A stretch of DNA of 63,724 nt, filler included, from Aduncisulcus paluster (GCA_024181965.1; 42 parts of 42 records of this genome joined end to end with filler, not necessarily neighbours in it), one strand, 5' to 3'; positions 44,364 through 56,134 are shown, counted from the whole stretch's first letter. Notes: generated by a model from the letters alone, not told the origin. Numbers and translations are program-made.

Positions 44364-44441
44364 TTGAATTTTATAGAAAATCTAAATTTTTATGGTGAAA
44401 AAAAAGAACCGTTTTTTTTCATCACAAATTATATGAAAACT
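44364..44441 (+). CDS. Probable aminodeoxychorismate synthase component I, N-terminal fragment
   Basis: Manual translation LNFIENLNFYGEKKEPFFFITNY resembles Campylobacterota PabB starts. Confidence 0.4.
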
Positions 44442-44541
44442 NNNNNNNNNNNNNNNNNNNNNNNNNNNNNNNNNNNNNNNNNNNNTTAATTAATTAANNN
44501 NNNNNNNNNNNNNNNNNNNNNNNNNNNNNNNNNNNNNNNNN

Positions 44542-45072
<531 letters not shown>

Positions 45073-45181
45073 TTTACTATCCTTTAAAATTCATTTGGGT
45101 TAAACTCAAAATCTATATCTGAATTAAAGCCAATATTCATATTTAAGCTATTATATCCAAATTGAGCTGATTTATAAAGAT

Positions 45182-45829
45182 TTAGTCCCAAAACTCACGA
45201 AGCTCTCTGTCTTTTTTCTTCTTTTTTTCTTTAAGTTGACTTTGTAAAATTAATTCCTCTTTTAAATCTTCTTGGTGTTGTTTTTCATCGGCTAATATTT
45301 TAGCTCTTTCTTTTCTTGCTTGTACTATTCTTGTATGTATTTTTTTTTGTGCTTCTTGTTTCATCTCATCATCAAAATTCATTGACTCTATACTTTGCAT
45401 CGCTTCTTTAAGCTCTTGCTCTTCGGTTAGACTTTTTTCTTCTTGTGTCTGTTCATTTTTTTGATCTATTTTTGCTTTATCTTCAGGGGTAATATTTTGA
45501 ATAGGAAGGTTTATTTTTAGTTCTTCTTCTGGTTCTTCTATCTCTTCAGAAATAGTTTCTTTTTCAACTTTTCGTTTTTTAGGTTTTTTAAATTCTTTTT
45601 TCTTAGGTGATTTTTCTAAAGTGTTTACATACTCTTTTAGCTGTTCATATTCAGCCATAATTTTCTCATATTTTTGAAATTCCATTAAAAGGAAACAAGG
45701 CTTTCCATCCCTAAGGATAATAGCCTTGTCAATTTCATGTTCTAAAACTTTATCAAAAATCATTTTACTTTTTCGAATAAGCTCAGTAGATGAGTACATC
45801 TCATCTGATTTGTATAGTAATAATCCCAT
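45182..45829 (-). CDS. Hypothetical protein: Phd/YefM-like N-terminus plus long Glu/Lys-rich tail
   Basis: YSSTELIRKSKMIFDKV...KAIILRDGKPCFLLMEFQKYE; AGGAG RBS before the ATG at 45829. Confidence 0.6.
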   Translation of the reverse strand: MGLLLYKSDEMYSSTELIRKSKMIFDKVLEHEIDKAIILRDGKPCFLLMEFQKYEKIMAEYEQLKEYVNTLEKSPKKKEFKKPKKRKVEKETISEEIEEPEEELKINLPIQNITPEDKAKIDQKNEQTQEEKSLTEEQELKEAMQSIESMNFDDEMKQEAQKKIHTRIVQARKERAKILADEKQHQEDLKEELILQSQLKEKKKKKDRELREFWD

Positions 45830-45873
45830 TTGCAAACTCCTATATGTAAAGTATTACATAGTATAACACATTT

Positions 45874-46056
45874 TTATGTAACTGTCCAAGATGATTCTAA
45901 TAGTAATTTGTCATCTATATAAATTTTTCCTTTAAATGTATCATTTAATTTATATGTCCCAATACCTTTAGGAGTACCTGTCATAATAACATCACCATTT
46001 TCTAAAGTCATAAAAGAATTTATCTCTTCAATCATTTGAGTTGGTTTATACATAAT
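45874..46056 (-). CDS. Fumarylacetoacetate hydrolase family C-terminus
   Basis: Manual translation FMTLENGDVIMTGTPKGIG. Confidence 0.85.
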   Translation of the reverse strand: MMYKPTQMIEEINSFMTLENGDVIMTGTPKGIGTYKLNDTFKGKIYIDDKLLLESSWTVT

Positions 46057-46245
46057 NNNNNNNNNNNNNNNNNNNNNNNNNNNNNNNNNNNNNNNNNNNN
46101 TTAATTAATTAANNNNNNNNNNNNNNNNNNNNNNNNNNNNNNNNNNNNNNNNNNNNAGTTCAATATATTATCTGAATATTGCAACAAAAAACAACTACCA
46201 TATACGATTAAGTCAAAAAATCGAAAAATAAGATAAAGGAAAAAA

Positions 46246-46741
46246 ATGGAAAGATTATATGCACCATGGAGAACACAATATATCACAAGTAATAAGAAAC
46301 AAATTACAGGATGTGTATTTTGTCTTTGCAAAAACTTTAGATGATGATGAAAATTTAGGTGTTTTACATAGAGATGAAAACTTTTTTATTGTGATGAATA
46401 AATACCCTTATAGTCCTGGACATTTTATGATTATCCCTAATTATCATACTGCTAATTTAGAAGATTTAGATCCAAAAGTTTTTACAAAAATGTCAATATT
46501 TGCGCAAAAAGGTGTAAAGATGTTAAAAGAAGTATTGAATGCACAAGGGGTAAATATAGGGATGAACCTAGGAAAATCAGCAGGAGCTGGAATAGCCGAG
46601 CATATACACTTACATCTTGTTCCAAGATGGCAAGGAGATACAAACTTTATCACTACTATTGGCGAGACTCGAGTTTATAGTAGTGATATGGATGCAATTT
46701 ATAAAAAGTTAAAAAATGTCGCAGCAGATTACTTTAGGTAA
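46246..46741 (+). pseudogene. HIT family hydrolase with a frameshift near 46324-46328
   Basis: True N-terminus MERLYAPWR...GCVFC (start 46246) stops at 46344; the rest (NKYPYSPGH, AGAGIAEHIHLHLVPRW) is in the +1 frame. Confidence 0.8.
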
Positions 46742-47414
46742 CCATTCATTTACCCTTATTCATAGAACAAATAAAAAAATCAAAAGAATAAGTTTAGCTT
46801 TAGAAAATCAGAATGAGATTATCATAAAAACACCATTGAAGTTTAAATCACATAAACTTAAAGAGATTGTTTATGAATATCAAGAATGGATATTAAAATC
46901 ACTACAAAAAGTACCTGCAAAAAATAGCTTTGATTTTGTTTCTGGAGGAGTGGTTCCTTTTTTAGGTGTAAATTATCCTATGAAGTTACAGATAAATGAA
47001 AATATGGAAAATGTAAAATTTTCATTAGATGATGAGGTTTTTGTTGTTGAATATAATTCCAAGTGCTCTAAATATGAAGATTTTATAGAGGGTTTAAAAT
47101 TATTCTATAAGTTTCATGCCCAAAGAGTTATTGATCCTATATTTGATGAGTGGACATACAAAACACAATTATTTCCAAATAAAATTGGGTATCGTTATGC
47201 AAAAGGGAGATGGGGAAGTTGTAGCCATATTAATAATATATCAATCAATTATAAACTTTTACAATTTGAAAAAAAAGCTATTGAGTATGTTGTAATTCAT
47301 GAATTATGCCATATTCAAGAAAAAAATCACTCTAAAAAGTTTTGGAATTTGGTTTCTTTATATATGCCAGATTATAAAAAAGTAGAGATAACTTTAAAGA
47401 GTAAGCTTTTCTAG
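46716..47414 (+). CDS. YgjP/DUF45 (SprT-like) zinc metallopeptidase family protein
   Basis: RWGSCS; YVVIHELCH; NHSKKFW. Confidence 0.85.
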   Translation: MSQQITLGNHSFTLIHRTNKKIKRISLALENQNEIIIKTPLKFKSHKLKEIVYEYQEWILKSLQKVPAKNSFDFVSGGVVPFLGVNYPMKLQINENMENVKFSLDDEVFVVEYNSKCSKYEDFIEGLKLFYKFHAQRVIDPIFDEWTYKTQLFPNKIGYRYAKGRWGSCSHINNISINYKLLQFEKKAIEYVVIHELCHIQEKNHSKKFWNLVSLYMPDYKKVEITLKSKLF

Positions 47415-47613
47415 AGAAGGAACATTTTCTAGTTCAATTTCAATCTGTTCTTGAAGATTTACAAGCTCTTGAGATTTTCTTAAATAAGCTAAAAGTAATT
47501 CTGCAGTGCTAAGATTTTTTTCTGTTGTTAAAAATTTTTTTAGACCATCTCTTAGGTGATTGTGAGGATCTTCACCTATATCTATTGTGTATGCTTCATT
47601 ATTTATATGGAAT
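47394..47613 (-). CDS. Hypothetical protein C-terminus
   Basis: Manual translation of an open frame HINNEAYTIDIG...ELLLAYLRKSQELVNLQEQIE...*. Confidence 0.5.
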
Positions 47614-47726
47614 NNNNNNNNNNNNNNNNNNNNNNNNNNNNNNNNNNNNNNNNNNNNTTAATTAATTAANNNNNNNNNNNNNNNNNNNNNNNNNNNNNNN
47701 NNNNNNNNNNNNNTATAGGAAAACAA

Positions 47727-48968
47727 ATGTTAGAAAAAAATAGATGGTTAATGGCACTTAGTGCAGTTGGTGTTCATATTTGTATCGGTTCTGTATACGC
47801 ATGGAGTGTATATGTAAAACCAATACAAGAACAAATGAATTGGACATTAACAGATGTAACGATATCTTTTAGTGTTGCTATATTCTTTTTAGGATTATCA
47901 GCTGCACTTATGGGAAAATTTGTTGAGAAAAATGGTCCTAGAGTATCTGCAATTATAGCAGCTTCACTTTTTGGATTGGGGACTGCTGGTTCTGGATTAG
48001 CTATTATGATGGAATCAAAAATGCTTTTATACTTCTTTTATGGAGTATTGGGTGGATGTGGATTAGGAATAGGATATATCGCACCTGTATCTACACTTGT
48101 AAAGTGGTTTCCAGACAAGAGAGGAATGGCTACTGGTCTTGCTATTATGGGATTTGGTTTTGCTTCTGCTATATGGGGACCAACTATTAAAATTTTGATA
48201 GAATCTGTTGGTATCTCAAACACATTCTTTATTTTAGGTGCTTCATACTTTGTGATTATGTTTGCTTCTGCTTTATATTTAGAAAAACCAGAAGAGGGTT
48301 ATTTACCTGAAAAATTTCAAAAGAAAATAGATGAGGGTAAAAAAACACTCAAAAAAGATTTAGCTTCTTTAGGTTTAAATGAAGCAGTAAAAACACCAAG
48401 ATTTTATGGTCTTTGGCTAATGTTATTTATCAATGTTACATGTGGTATTGCTATTATTGGTGTAGCTTCTCCACTTCTTCAAGAGGTTATAGGTATCTCT
48501 GCTATTGCGGCAGCGGCCGCTGTTGGGCTTATGGGAATCTTTAATGGAGCAGGAAGAATCTTTTGGGCTTCACTCTCAGACTATTTAACACGTCCAGTTG
48601 TATATATAATCTTTTTCTTAACTCAAGCAATAGCTTTTTATATCTTGCCTTCAGTTACAGAAATAGTAGTATTTCAAATGATTTTATTTTTTATCATGTC
48701 TTGTTATGGTGGTGGTTTTGCTTCAATTCCTGCTTATATAGGAGATATTTTTGGAACAAAAGAGCTTGGAGCTATTCACGGTTATATTTTAACTGCTTGG
48801 GCAGCAGCAGGACTTGTTGGGCCTCTTATCATCTCTATGGTAAAAGATTCAACTGGATCATATTCTCAAACACTTTATGTATTTGCAGGATTCTTTTTAG
48901 TTGCGTTTGTAGTTTCTATTTTAATGTTAATCAACATCAAAAAAATTCAAAAAAGCAAAAACTCTTAG
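47727..48968 (+). CDS. OFA (oxalate:formate antiporter) family MFS transporter
   Basis: IGSVYAWSV; KWFPDKRGMATG; FNGAGR; YGGGFASIPAY; many TM helices. Confidence 0.9.
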   Translation: MLEKNRWLMALSAVGVHICIGSVYAWSVYVKPIQEQMNWTLTDVTISFSVAIFFLGLSAALMGKFVEKNGPRVSAIIAASLFGLGTAGSGLAIMMESKMLLYFFYGVLGGCGLGIGYIAPVSTLVKWFPDKRGMATGLAIMGFGFASAIWGPTIKILIESVGISNTFFILGASYFVIMFASALYLEKPEEGYLPEKFQKKIDEGKKTLKKDLASLGLNEAVKTPRFYGLWLMLFINVTCGIAIIGVASPLLQEVIGISAIAAAAAVGLMGIFNGAGRIFWASLSDYLTRPVVYIIFFLTQAIAFYILPSVTEIVVFQMILFFIMSCYGGGFASIPAYIGDIFGTKELGAIHGYILTAWAAAGLVGPLIISMVKDSTGSYSQTLYVFAGFFLVAFVVSILMLINIKKIQKSKNS

Positions 48969-48978
48969 TTTTCTTTTT

Positions 48979-49015
48979 AGACATTTTTATCTCTTTTCTT
49001 AGAGATAAAATGTCT
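48979..49015. terminator. Hairpin downstream of the MFS gene
   Basis: AGACATTTTTATCTCT / AGAGATAAAATGTCT near-perfect inverted repeat. Confidence 0.5.
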
Positions 49016-49240
49016 GTTAATGCCCGTATATACTAGAAAACACCCAAAATGTCCTTTTCCAACTTTTATACCTATGTAAAAGGTACATATAAATCATATC
49101 AAAAATATTTTATTTTCTCATAATTAGTACCATTAACATCNNNNNNNNNNNNNNNNNNNNNNNNNNNNNNNNNNNNNNNNNNNNTTAATTAATTAANNNN
49201 NNNNNNNNNNNNNNNNNNNNNNNNNNNNNNNNNNNNNNNN

Positions 49241-49882
49241 TGTTTCTTTTCCTGTAAGAAACTGTACATCATCGATAAGTAATAAATCACATTTTCTATA
49301 TTTTGATTTAAAATGTTCTAAGTTTTTATTTTTCATTGAAAATAAAAAGTCGTTCATAAACTGTTCGATAGTTACATAGATTACATTTTTATCTTTTGAA
49401 ACTGCATCATTTCCAATTGCTTGTAAAAGATGAGTTTTACCTAATCCTGTTCCACCATAAATAAAAAGTGGATTGTATTGAGTACCTGGTTTTTCAGCGA
49501 CTGCTTTACTAGAATTATATGCCATCTCATTTGATTTTCCTACAATAAATGAATCAAATGTAAACGATTGGTTTAAAATTGTACTATCTGCATGTGAACT
49601 TGATTGTTGTTCATCAATTATAGCTTTTTTTGTTCTTCTCTTTTCACCAGTAATGATAATTTCAATAGATGGTTTGATATTTGTTTCTTTTTCAAATATC
49701 TCTTGTAAAATAGTTGTATACTTAGTTTTTATAAAACTTGCAATAAATTTATTATTTACTTCAAATACAGCGAGCTCATTACTTGAACTAACCTTTTTGT
49801 ACACAAGTTGCTTCAAGACATTTTCAAAGTCATTTTTTGATACTTCACTCTCTAATGCTAATAATATCTCTTTTGTTGTCAA
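49241..49882 (-). CDS. dnaA: Chromosomal replication initiator, 3'-truncated
   Basis: FTFDSFIVGKSN; YNPLFIYGGTGLGKTHLL; LLLIDDVQFL. Confidence 0.97.
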
Positions 49883-50003
49883 CTTATATTTTCCTAATTA
49901 TTTCTTAATATATATTATTATATCTAAAATATGTTAATATTGTCAAAATTATATAATTATATGTGAATAAACAATGAATTATATGTGATAAGGTGTGAAT
50001 TAA
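49883..50003. promoter_or_regulatory. ruvC-dnaA intergenic DnaA-box cluster (oriC1-like)
   Basis: TGTGAATAA (49962-49970, reverse complement TTATTCACA), TGTGATAAG (49984) and TGTGAATTA (49994) in an AT-rich gap. Confidence 0.7.
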
Positions 50004-50393
50004 TTGAAAATTTTAGGGATAGATCCGGGTACAATCAACTGTGGTTACGCCATTGTTGAGAATTGTGCCAATGTGAAAAGTAGTAAGAAGCCAAAATTGG
50101 TTGAAGCGGGATTAATTAAAATAAAAAGTCGAAATTTACAAGAACAGATACTTGAAATGGTAGAAGCAATTGATCTTATTTTAAAAGCTCATAAAATTGA
50201 TGAAGTAGCTATTGAAGATATGTTTTATGCTTTCAATCCAAAGTCAGTTATAAAGCTTGCACAGTTTAGAGGAGCGATTAGTTTGAAAATTCTATTAGAG
50301 ATAGGAAATTTTAGCGAATATACCCCTTTACAGGTCAAAAAAGCAGTAACAGGCAATGGTAAGTCAAGTAAAGAGCAAGTTGCTTTTATGGTA
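50004..50393 (+). CDS. ruvC: Holliday junction resolvase, 3'-truncated
   Basis: [32 protein letters not shown]. Confidence 0.95.
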
Positions 50394-50493
50394 NNNNNNN
50401 NNNNNNNNNNNNNNNNNNNNNNNNNNNNNNNNNNNNNTTAATTAATTAANNNNNNNNNNNNNNNNNNNNNNNNNNNNNNNNNNNNNNNNNNNN

Positions 50494-50723
50494 TTTATTC
50501 TACCATTAGCTTTACGAAGACTCATTCTTATCTCTTTTAACTCTTCTTTAGTATAGTCACTACCATCATAATAAACATTTGCATCATATTTACCATTTTT
50601 ACAATCAACATCTGTAATTGTTAATGATTTTATTCTATTGTCATTTAAACTACTCAATGCTTCTGGAACTAGTTCCATAAGAAGAGATTGAGTTCTTTGT
50701 AAATTTACGCTTTTATTATCCAT
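50494..50723 (-). CDS. rbfA: Ribosome-binding factor A, 3'-truncated
   Basis: Directly after infB; ITDVDCKNGKYDANVY. Confidence 0.85.
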
Positions 50724-53435
50724 TAGTCGATTTTTTGCTCTTCTTTATGTTCTATAAAAGTTTCAATATAATCATTTTGTTTGATATCATTGTGGTTTTC
50801 AAAAATAATACCACACTCATAACCATTTGTAACCTCTTTAACATCATCTTTGAATCGTTTAAGTGATTTAATTGCACCTGTATAGATAACAACACCATCT
50901 CTAATAACACGAGCAAGACCACCACGAACAACTTTACCATCTGTAACTTTACAACCAGCAACTGTTCCAACTTTAGGTACAACAAATGTTTCAAGAACTT
51001 GTGCTTGACCTGTATTTTCTTCAACTACTATCGCACTCATCATACCTGATAATGTAGCTTTAATATCATCTAATAATGCGTAGATAATACTATAAGTCTT
51101 AATCTCAACACCTTCAGATTTTGCTTTTGTTTTAACTGCACCTGTAGGTCTTACATTAAATCCTAAGATGATACAATCATCACTAGCACTAGCAAGTGCA
51201 ATATCTGCTTCAGTAATACCACCAACACCAGATGAGATAATTTTAACTTTTACTTCATCATTTTTAATTGACTCTAAACTTGCTTTAATAGCTTCTAAAG
51301 AACCACCTGCATCTGCTTTTAAGATAACTGGTAATGCTTTTATTTTACCCTCTGCAATAAGTGCCGCCATCTCATCTAAAGATACTTTAGTAGATGCACT
51401 TAACTCTTTTGCTCTTGAATGTTCTGCTCTTGTTGTAGCAATCTCTTTAGCTTCTGATGCAGATTTTTGAGCAACTAGTGCAGAACCTGTAATAGGAACA
51501 TCACCCAAACCAACAACTTGACCTGTTCTACTCAATCCTAATTCTTTTACAGCTTTACCTTGATCATCAAGAAGTGCTTTTACTCTACCAAATGTTGTGT
51601 CAGCAACAATATTATCACCAACTTTTAAAGTACCATTTTGAACAATTACTGTTGCAACTGCACCTTTTCCTTTAACTTGTAAAGCTTCAATAACTGTAGC
51701 TTTTGCTAAAGCAGTTGGATCAGCTTCTAGTTCTAAAAGTTCAGATTGGATAATAATATTTTCAAGTAACTCTTCGATACCTTCACCTGTAAGTGCAGAA
51801 ACACCTATAAACTCAACATCTCCACCCCAATCAACAGGACTCATTTCATGTTCAGCCATTCCAGCTTTAACCATATCCATATTTGCAGTTTCTTTATCTA
51901 TTTTATTTACAGCAACAATAATTGGTGCTCCACTAGCTTTTGCGGCTTTTATAGACTCAATTGTTTGTGGCTTAACACCATCATCAGCAGCAACAACTAA
52001 AATAATAATATCAGTAACACTTGCTCCTCTTACTCTCATAGATGTAAAAGCCTCATGTCCTGGAGTATCTACAAATGTAATATCATTTCCATTTTTATTT
52101 ACAGTATATGCTGAAATATGTTGAGTGATTCCACCAGCTTCACCTGCGGCTACTCTACTACTTCTAATTTTGTCAAGAAGCGAAGTTTTACCATGATCAA
52201 CATGCCCCATAATAGTAACAACAGGTGGTCTACTTACATAGTTTGTTTTATCAATCTCATCTTCAGCATAATCTTCAACATAGTTTACATCTTCAAGTTC
52301 ATCTTTGATAGTAATCTCAATATTATACTCTTCACCAAGAATTTCAATCTCATCATTTCCAAGGAAATCATTTTTAGTAACCATCATACCTAACATAAAA
52401 AGTTTACCAATTACATCACCAGCAGTTTTACCAATTTTTTCTGCAAACTCATAAACTCTACAATCTTCAGGAATTGTAACTTCTGTAATTACTACTTCTT
52501 CTGTTGGTTTTTTATATCTTTTTTTCTTAGAACCTCTTTTTATACCTCTTGGCTGGTTACCAAATGCACTAGGTTTTGTTGTTCTAATATTTTTTGGTTT
52601 TGGCGTTTCTTGTAAGAATTTTGATGTTTCCATAAGACCCATATCAAGAAGAACAACCTCTTCACCTAAAATTGATTCTCCTGATGATTTAAAATCATCA
52701 TCACCTTCAACTTTAAGTTTTGTACCATGAGTATGTGCTTTTGCTGCTTGTTTAGCTTTAACTTTTTTTGGTCTTGGTGTATATTCCTCTTTTAAGTCAG
52801 AACCACCACCAAATAATTCACTCATTGAAGCTAGTTTTTGTTTTTTTGATTGAGGTGTTGCAGGTGTATTCTCAATGATTGGTCTTTTTTTCTTAACAAT
52901 TGTCAATCCTCTTTTTTTAAGAGTGATTTTTTTCTCTGGCTCTGGTGCTTGAACAATTGGTGTTTCTTTTACTTCTTTCGGAGCTTCTTGTACTGTTTCA
53001 ACCTCTTTTGGAGTTTCTTTAGTTACTTCAACTTCTTTAGTTTCTAAAATTGGCTCTTCTGGTTTTTTCTCCTCTACAGGAACATTTTTCTTTTGAACAA
53101 TTTTTAATTCATTTCGTTTCAAAGTCATTTTTTTAGCTTCTGGTTTTTTAACTTCTACTTTTTTTTCTATTTCTTTTGATTCATTTGAGATAACTTCTTC
53201 TTTTTTCTCTTNNNNNNNNNNNNNNNNNNNNTATTGTTGGTTTTGTTTTTTTAGGAACAAGTAATTTACTTTTTCCTGTCATTATATAACCTGCAATCTC
53301 TTCTGCTTCTTCAAAAGAAACTGAACTTTGTGGTGACTTTAAAACTATTGCTAAATCTGCTGCTTTTTTAATTACTTCTGCACTTGTAGAACCAGCTTCT
53401 TCCGCTATTTCAAATACCCTAACTTTGTCTTCCAT
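50723..53435 (-). CDS. infB: Translation initiation factor IF-2 (20-N scaffold gap at 53212-53231)
   Basis: N-terminus [43 protein letters not shown]. Confidence 0.97.
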
Positions 53436-53667
53436 TCGCTAATATCTCCCTTAGTTGTACGATATATTCATCTTTATTTTTACAGTTTCTATATAATGCT
53501 TTTTCAAGTTTAGATTCATTTTCTAAACAGTCACTACATAAGTAAAAACTTCTACCATTTCCGGTAAAAGAAGTTAGCTTTTTATCTTTACACTGTAATC
53601 TAATCAATAACTTTTGTGCCATCTTTTTTCTACAAACAACACAAGTTCTTATCGATATTTTTAACAT
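53419..53667 (-). CDS. YlxR/DUF448 family protein
   Basis: IRTCVVCRKK; GRSFYLC; upstream of infB. Confidence 0.85.
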   Translation of the reverse strand: MLKISIRTCVVCRKKMAQKLLIRLQCKDKKLTSFTGNGRSFYLCSDCLENESKLEKALYRNCKNKDEYIVQLREILANGRQS

Positions 53668-53683
53668 TTTATCTAAAACTCTC

Positions 53684-54360
53684 TTAATCTTCTACAATCA
53701 CGCCATTATTATCAAAATCACAAATCATGATTTTAAAATGTGGAAAATTTTCTGCAAGCTTTTTCGAAAGTCTTACAGCATCTTTTCCATAGGCTAAATT
53801 AAAAAAAGTAGAACCACTTCCAGATAAAGTACTCATCAAAGCGCCATTTCTCAAGGCTACTTTTTGAACTGCAAAAAGTTCTGGCATCTGCTTCATTCTA
53901 TAGTATTGATGGATTCTATCTTTGGATGCTCTTTTTAACATTCTAAAATCTTCTGTCATGAATGCAGCTGTTAATAAAGAACTATGAGAAATATTAAAAA
54001 TCACATCCTCTTTAGTATATTTGTAAGGCAAAGTTTTTCGTGACAAATTTGTTGAGATTGGTCTATTTGGAATTACTACAATTGCTTTTAATGATTTTGG
54101 AATCTCTTTTCTTAAAAAAAACACCTCATTTTCGTGAATTGTCGACACCGTAAATCCACCCATAACAGCTGGTGTAATATTATCAGGATGTGACTCATAA
54201 CTCAATGCTAAGTTTAATAACTTCTTATCATTGAGTTCTATACCTTCTATTGCATATGCAGACGCTATAGCACTAATAATAACCGCACTACTACTTCCTA
54301 AACCACGAGATAAAGGTATTTCATTTTGAAATTCAAATCTAAACTGTTGTTTATTGTTAC
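53684..54360 (-). CDS. thrB: Homoserine kinase, 5'-truncated
   Basis: IPLSRGLGSSSA; ESHPDN; DRIHQ; LSGSGST. Confidence 0.9.
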
Positions 54361-54487
54361 NNNNNNNNNNNNNNNNNNNNNNNNNNNNNNNNNNNNNNNN
54401 NNNNTTAATTAATTAANNNNNNNNNNNNNNNNNNNNNNNNNNNNNNNNNNNNNNNNNNNNTATCTATTAACTATCCGTAAAAAAAGA

Positions 54488-54711
54488 TTATTTATTGTCT
54501 TCGATGTATTTTAATGCATCTGCAACAGTAAGAATACCTTCTGCATCTTCATCAGGGATTTCGATATCAAATTCTTCTTCTAAAGCCATTACTAGTTCAA
54601 AACATCGAGTGAATCTGCTCCTAAATCCTCAATAAACTTTGAGTCTTCTTTTACTTCATCTGGATTACAATCTAGTTGTTCAACTACAACTGCTTTTACT
54701 TTTTCTAACAT
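54488..54711 (-). pseudogene. acpP: Acyl carrier protein with an apparent 1-nt deletion (likely assembly error)
   Basis: [13 protein letters not shown]...DLGADSLDV, then a frameshift at ~54600, then [20 protein letters not shown]; span of 224 nt is one short of a codon multiple. Confidence 0.9.
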
Positions 54712-54795
54712 AATTCTTCCTTTTTTAATTAAAATTCTTGTAATTATAGCATATTTTCTTTGAAACCATTCTTTTTATTTCTTATTCAAGAATGT

Positions 54796-55539
54796 TTATA
54801 CATATAATCCACCATTTACTTTTAATATTTCACCTGTAATATAAGCAGAATGATCACTTAATAAAAAGGCAACAGCATCAGCTACATCTTTAGCTTCACC
54901 AAATCTTTTAAGTGGAATATTTCTTGTATATTCTTCTTTTACTTCATCTTTTAATTCATCAGTCATATCAGTTCTAATAAATCCAGGAGTCACACTATTA
55001 AATCGAATACCTCTAGCAGCACCCTCTTTTGCAAAAGATTTAGTCATACTATTCACTCCACCTTTAGAAGCACTATAATTTGTTTGCCCTGCATTTCCCA
55101 TCTCACCAACAATAGAAGAGATATTTACAACTGAACCAAATCTTTTTTTACTCATTGCTTTTAAGGCATCTCTACACCCTATAAATGTAGATTTTAAATT
55201 TGCATTTATTACATCATCAAAGTCATCCATACTCATTCTTAATGCTAGTTTATCTTTAGTAATACCTGCATTATTTACTAAATAACTAATTGCACCATCT
55301 GCCTCAACAATAGTTTTAATAATATTTGACCAATCAGCTTCAACTGAAACATCACCTTTAATAACTGCAGCCGTTCCACCAGCAGTTTCAATCTGCTCTT
55401 TTAATGCATCTGCAATTTCTGGTTTACTTCTATAATTAATCCATACTTTTAAACCATAAGTTGCTAGCTCTTTTGCAATCTCAGCTCCAATTCCTTTGCT
55501 AGCACCTGTTATTAATACATTTGTTCCTGTAAATTTCAT
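54796..55539 (-). CDS. fabG: 3-oxoacyl-ACP reductase
   Basis: ITGASKGIG; NNAGIT; NYSASK; upstream of acpP. Confidence 0.95.
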   Translation of the reverse strand: MKFTGTNVLITGASKGIGAEIAKELATYGLKVWINYRSKPEIADALKEQIETAGGTAAVIKGDVSVEADWSNIIKTIVEADGAISYLVNNAGITKDKLALRMSMDDFDDVINANLKSTFIGCRDALKAMSKKRFGSVVNISSIVGEMGNAGQTNYSASKGGVNSMTKSFAKEGAARGIRFNSVTPGFIRTDMTDELKDEVKEEYTRNIPLKRFGEAKDVADAVAFLLSDHSAYITGEILKVNGGLYV

Positions 55540-55558
55540 ATAATTTTCCTTTTTAAAT

Positions 55559-56134
55559 TTAATCTATATATCTTTTAGTGATGTTATTATAACATTCTAT
55601 TCTTCTATCTCGTAAAAATGGCCACCATCTTCTTACATTTTCACTTCTATTTAAATCTATATCTGCATACAATATCTCTTCATTTTGATGGTTTGCATGT
55701 GCTAAATACTCACCTTGAGCTCCGAAAACAAAACTATTTCCCCAAAATTGTGTTCCTTTGAGTACTTGTGAATCATCACTTTCAAATCCTACTCTATTTA
55801 CAGTAATTATGGGAAGACCATTTGCAACAGCGTGTCCTCTTTGTACAGCTATCCAAGCATCAAGTTGTCTTTGTTTCTCATCTTCACTATCATCTTCAAA
55901 CCATCCTATTGCTGTTGGATAAATAAGTATTTCAGCACCTTTGAGTGCCATAAGTCTTGCAGCTTCAGGGTACCACTGATCCCAACAAATTAAAACACCA
56001 AGTTTTCCTACACTTGTCTGTATTGGTTCAAAACCCATATCCCCTGGAGTAAAATAAAATTTTTCATAAAATCCTGGGTCATCAGGTATATGCATTTTTC
56101 TATATTTTCCAGCAATTGAGCCATCTTTTTCAAA
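55559..56134 (-). CDS. Carbon-nitrogen hydrolase (N-carbamoylputrescine amidase-like), 5'-truncated
   Basis: KMHIPDDPGFYEKFYFTPGD; ICWDQWYPE; YPTAIG; RRWWPFLRDRR. Confidence 0.85.
   Translation of the reverse strand, partial: FEKDGSIAGKYRKMHIPDDPGFYEKFYFTPGDMGFEPIQTSVGKLGVLICWDQWYPEAARLMALKGAEILIYPTAIGWFEDDSEDEKQRQLDAWIAVQRGHAVANGLPIITVNRVGFESDDSQVLKGTQFWGNSFVFGAQGEYLAHANHQNEEILYADIDLNRSENVRRWWPFLRDRRIECYNNITKRYID

Noticed and set aside
46157..46236. C-terminal fragment of a gene upstream of the HIT gene
   Set aside because: About 26 codons with no diagnostic motif; too short to call.
53181..53260. Apparent frameshift splitting infB into two ORFs
   Set aside because: The break coincides with a 20-N scaffold gap of uncertain true length.
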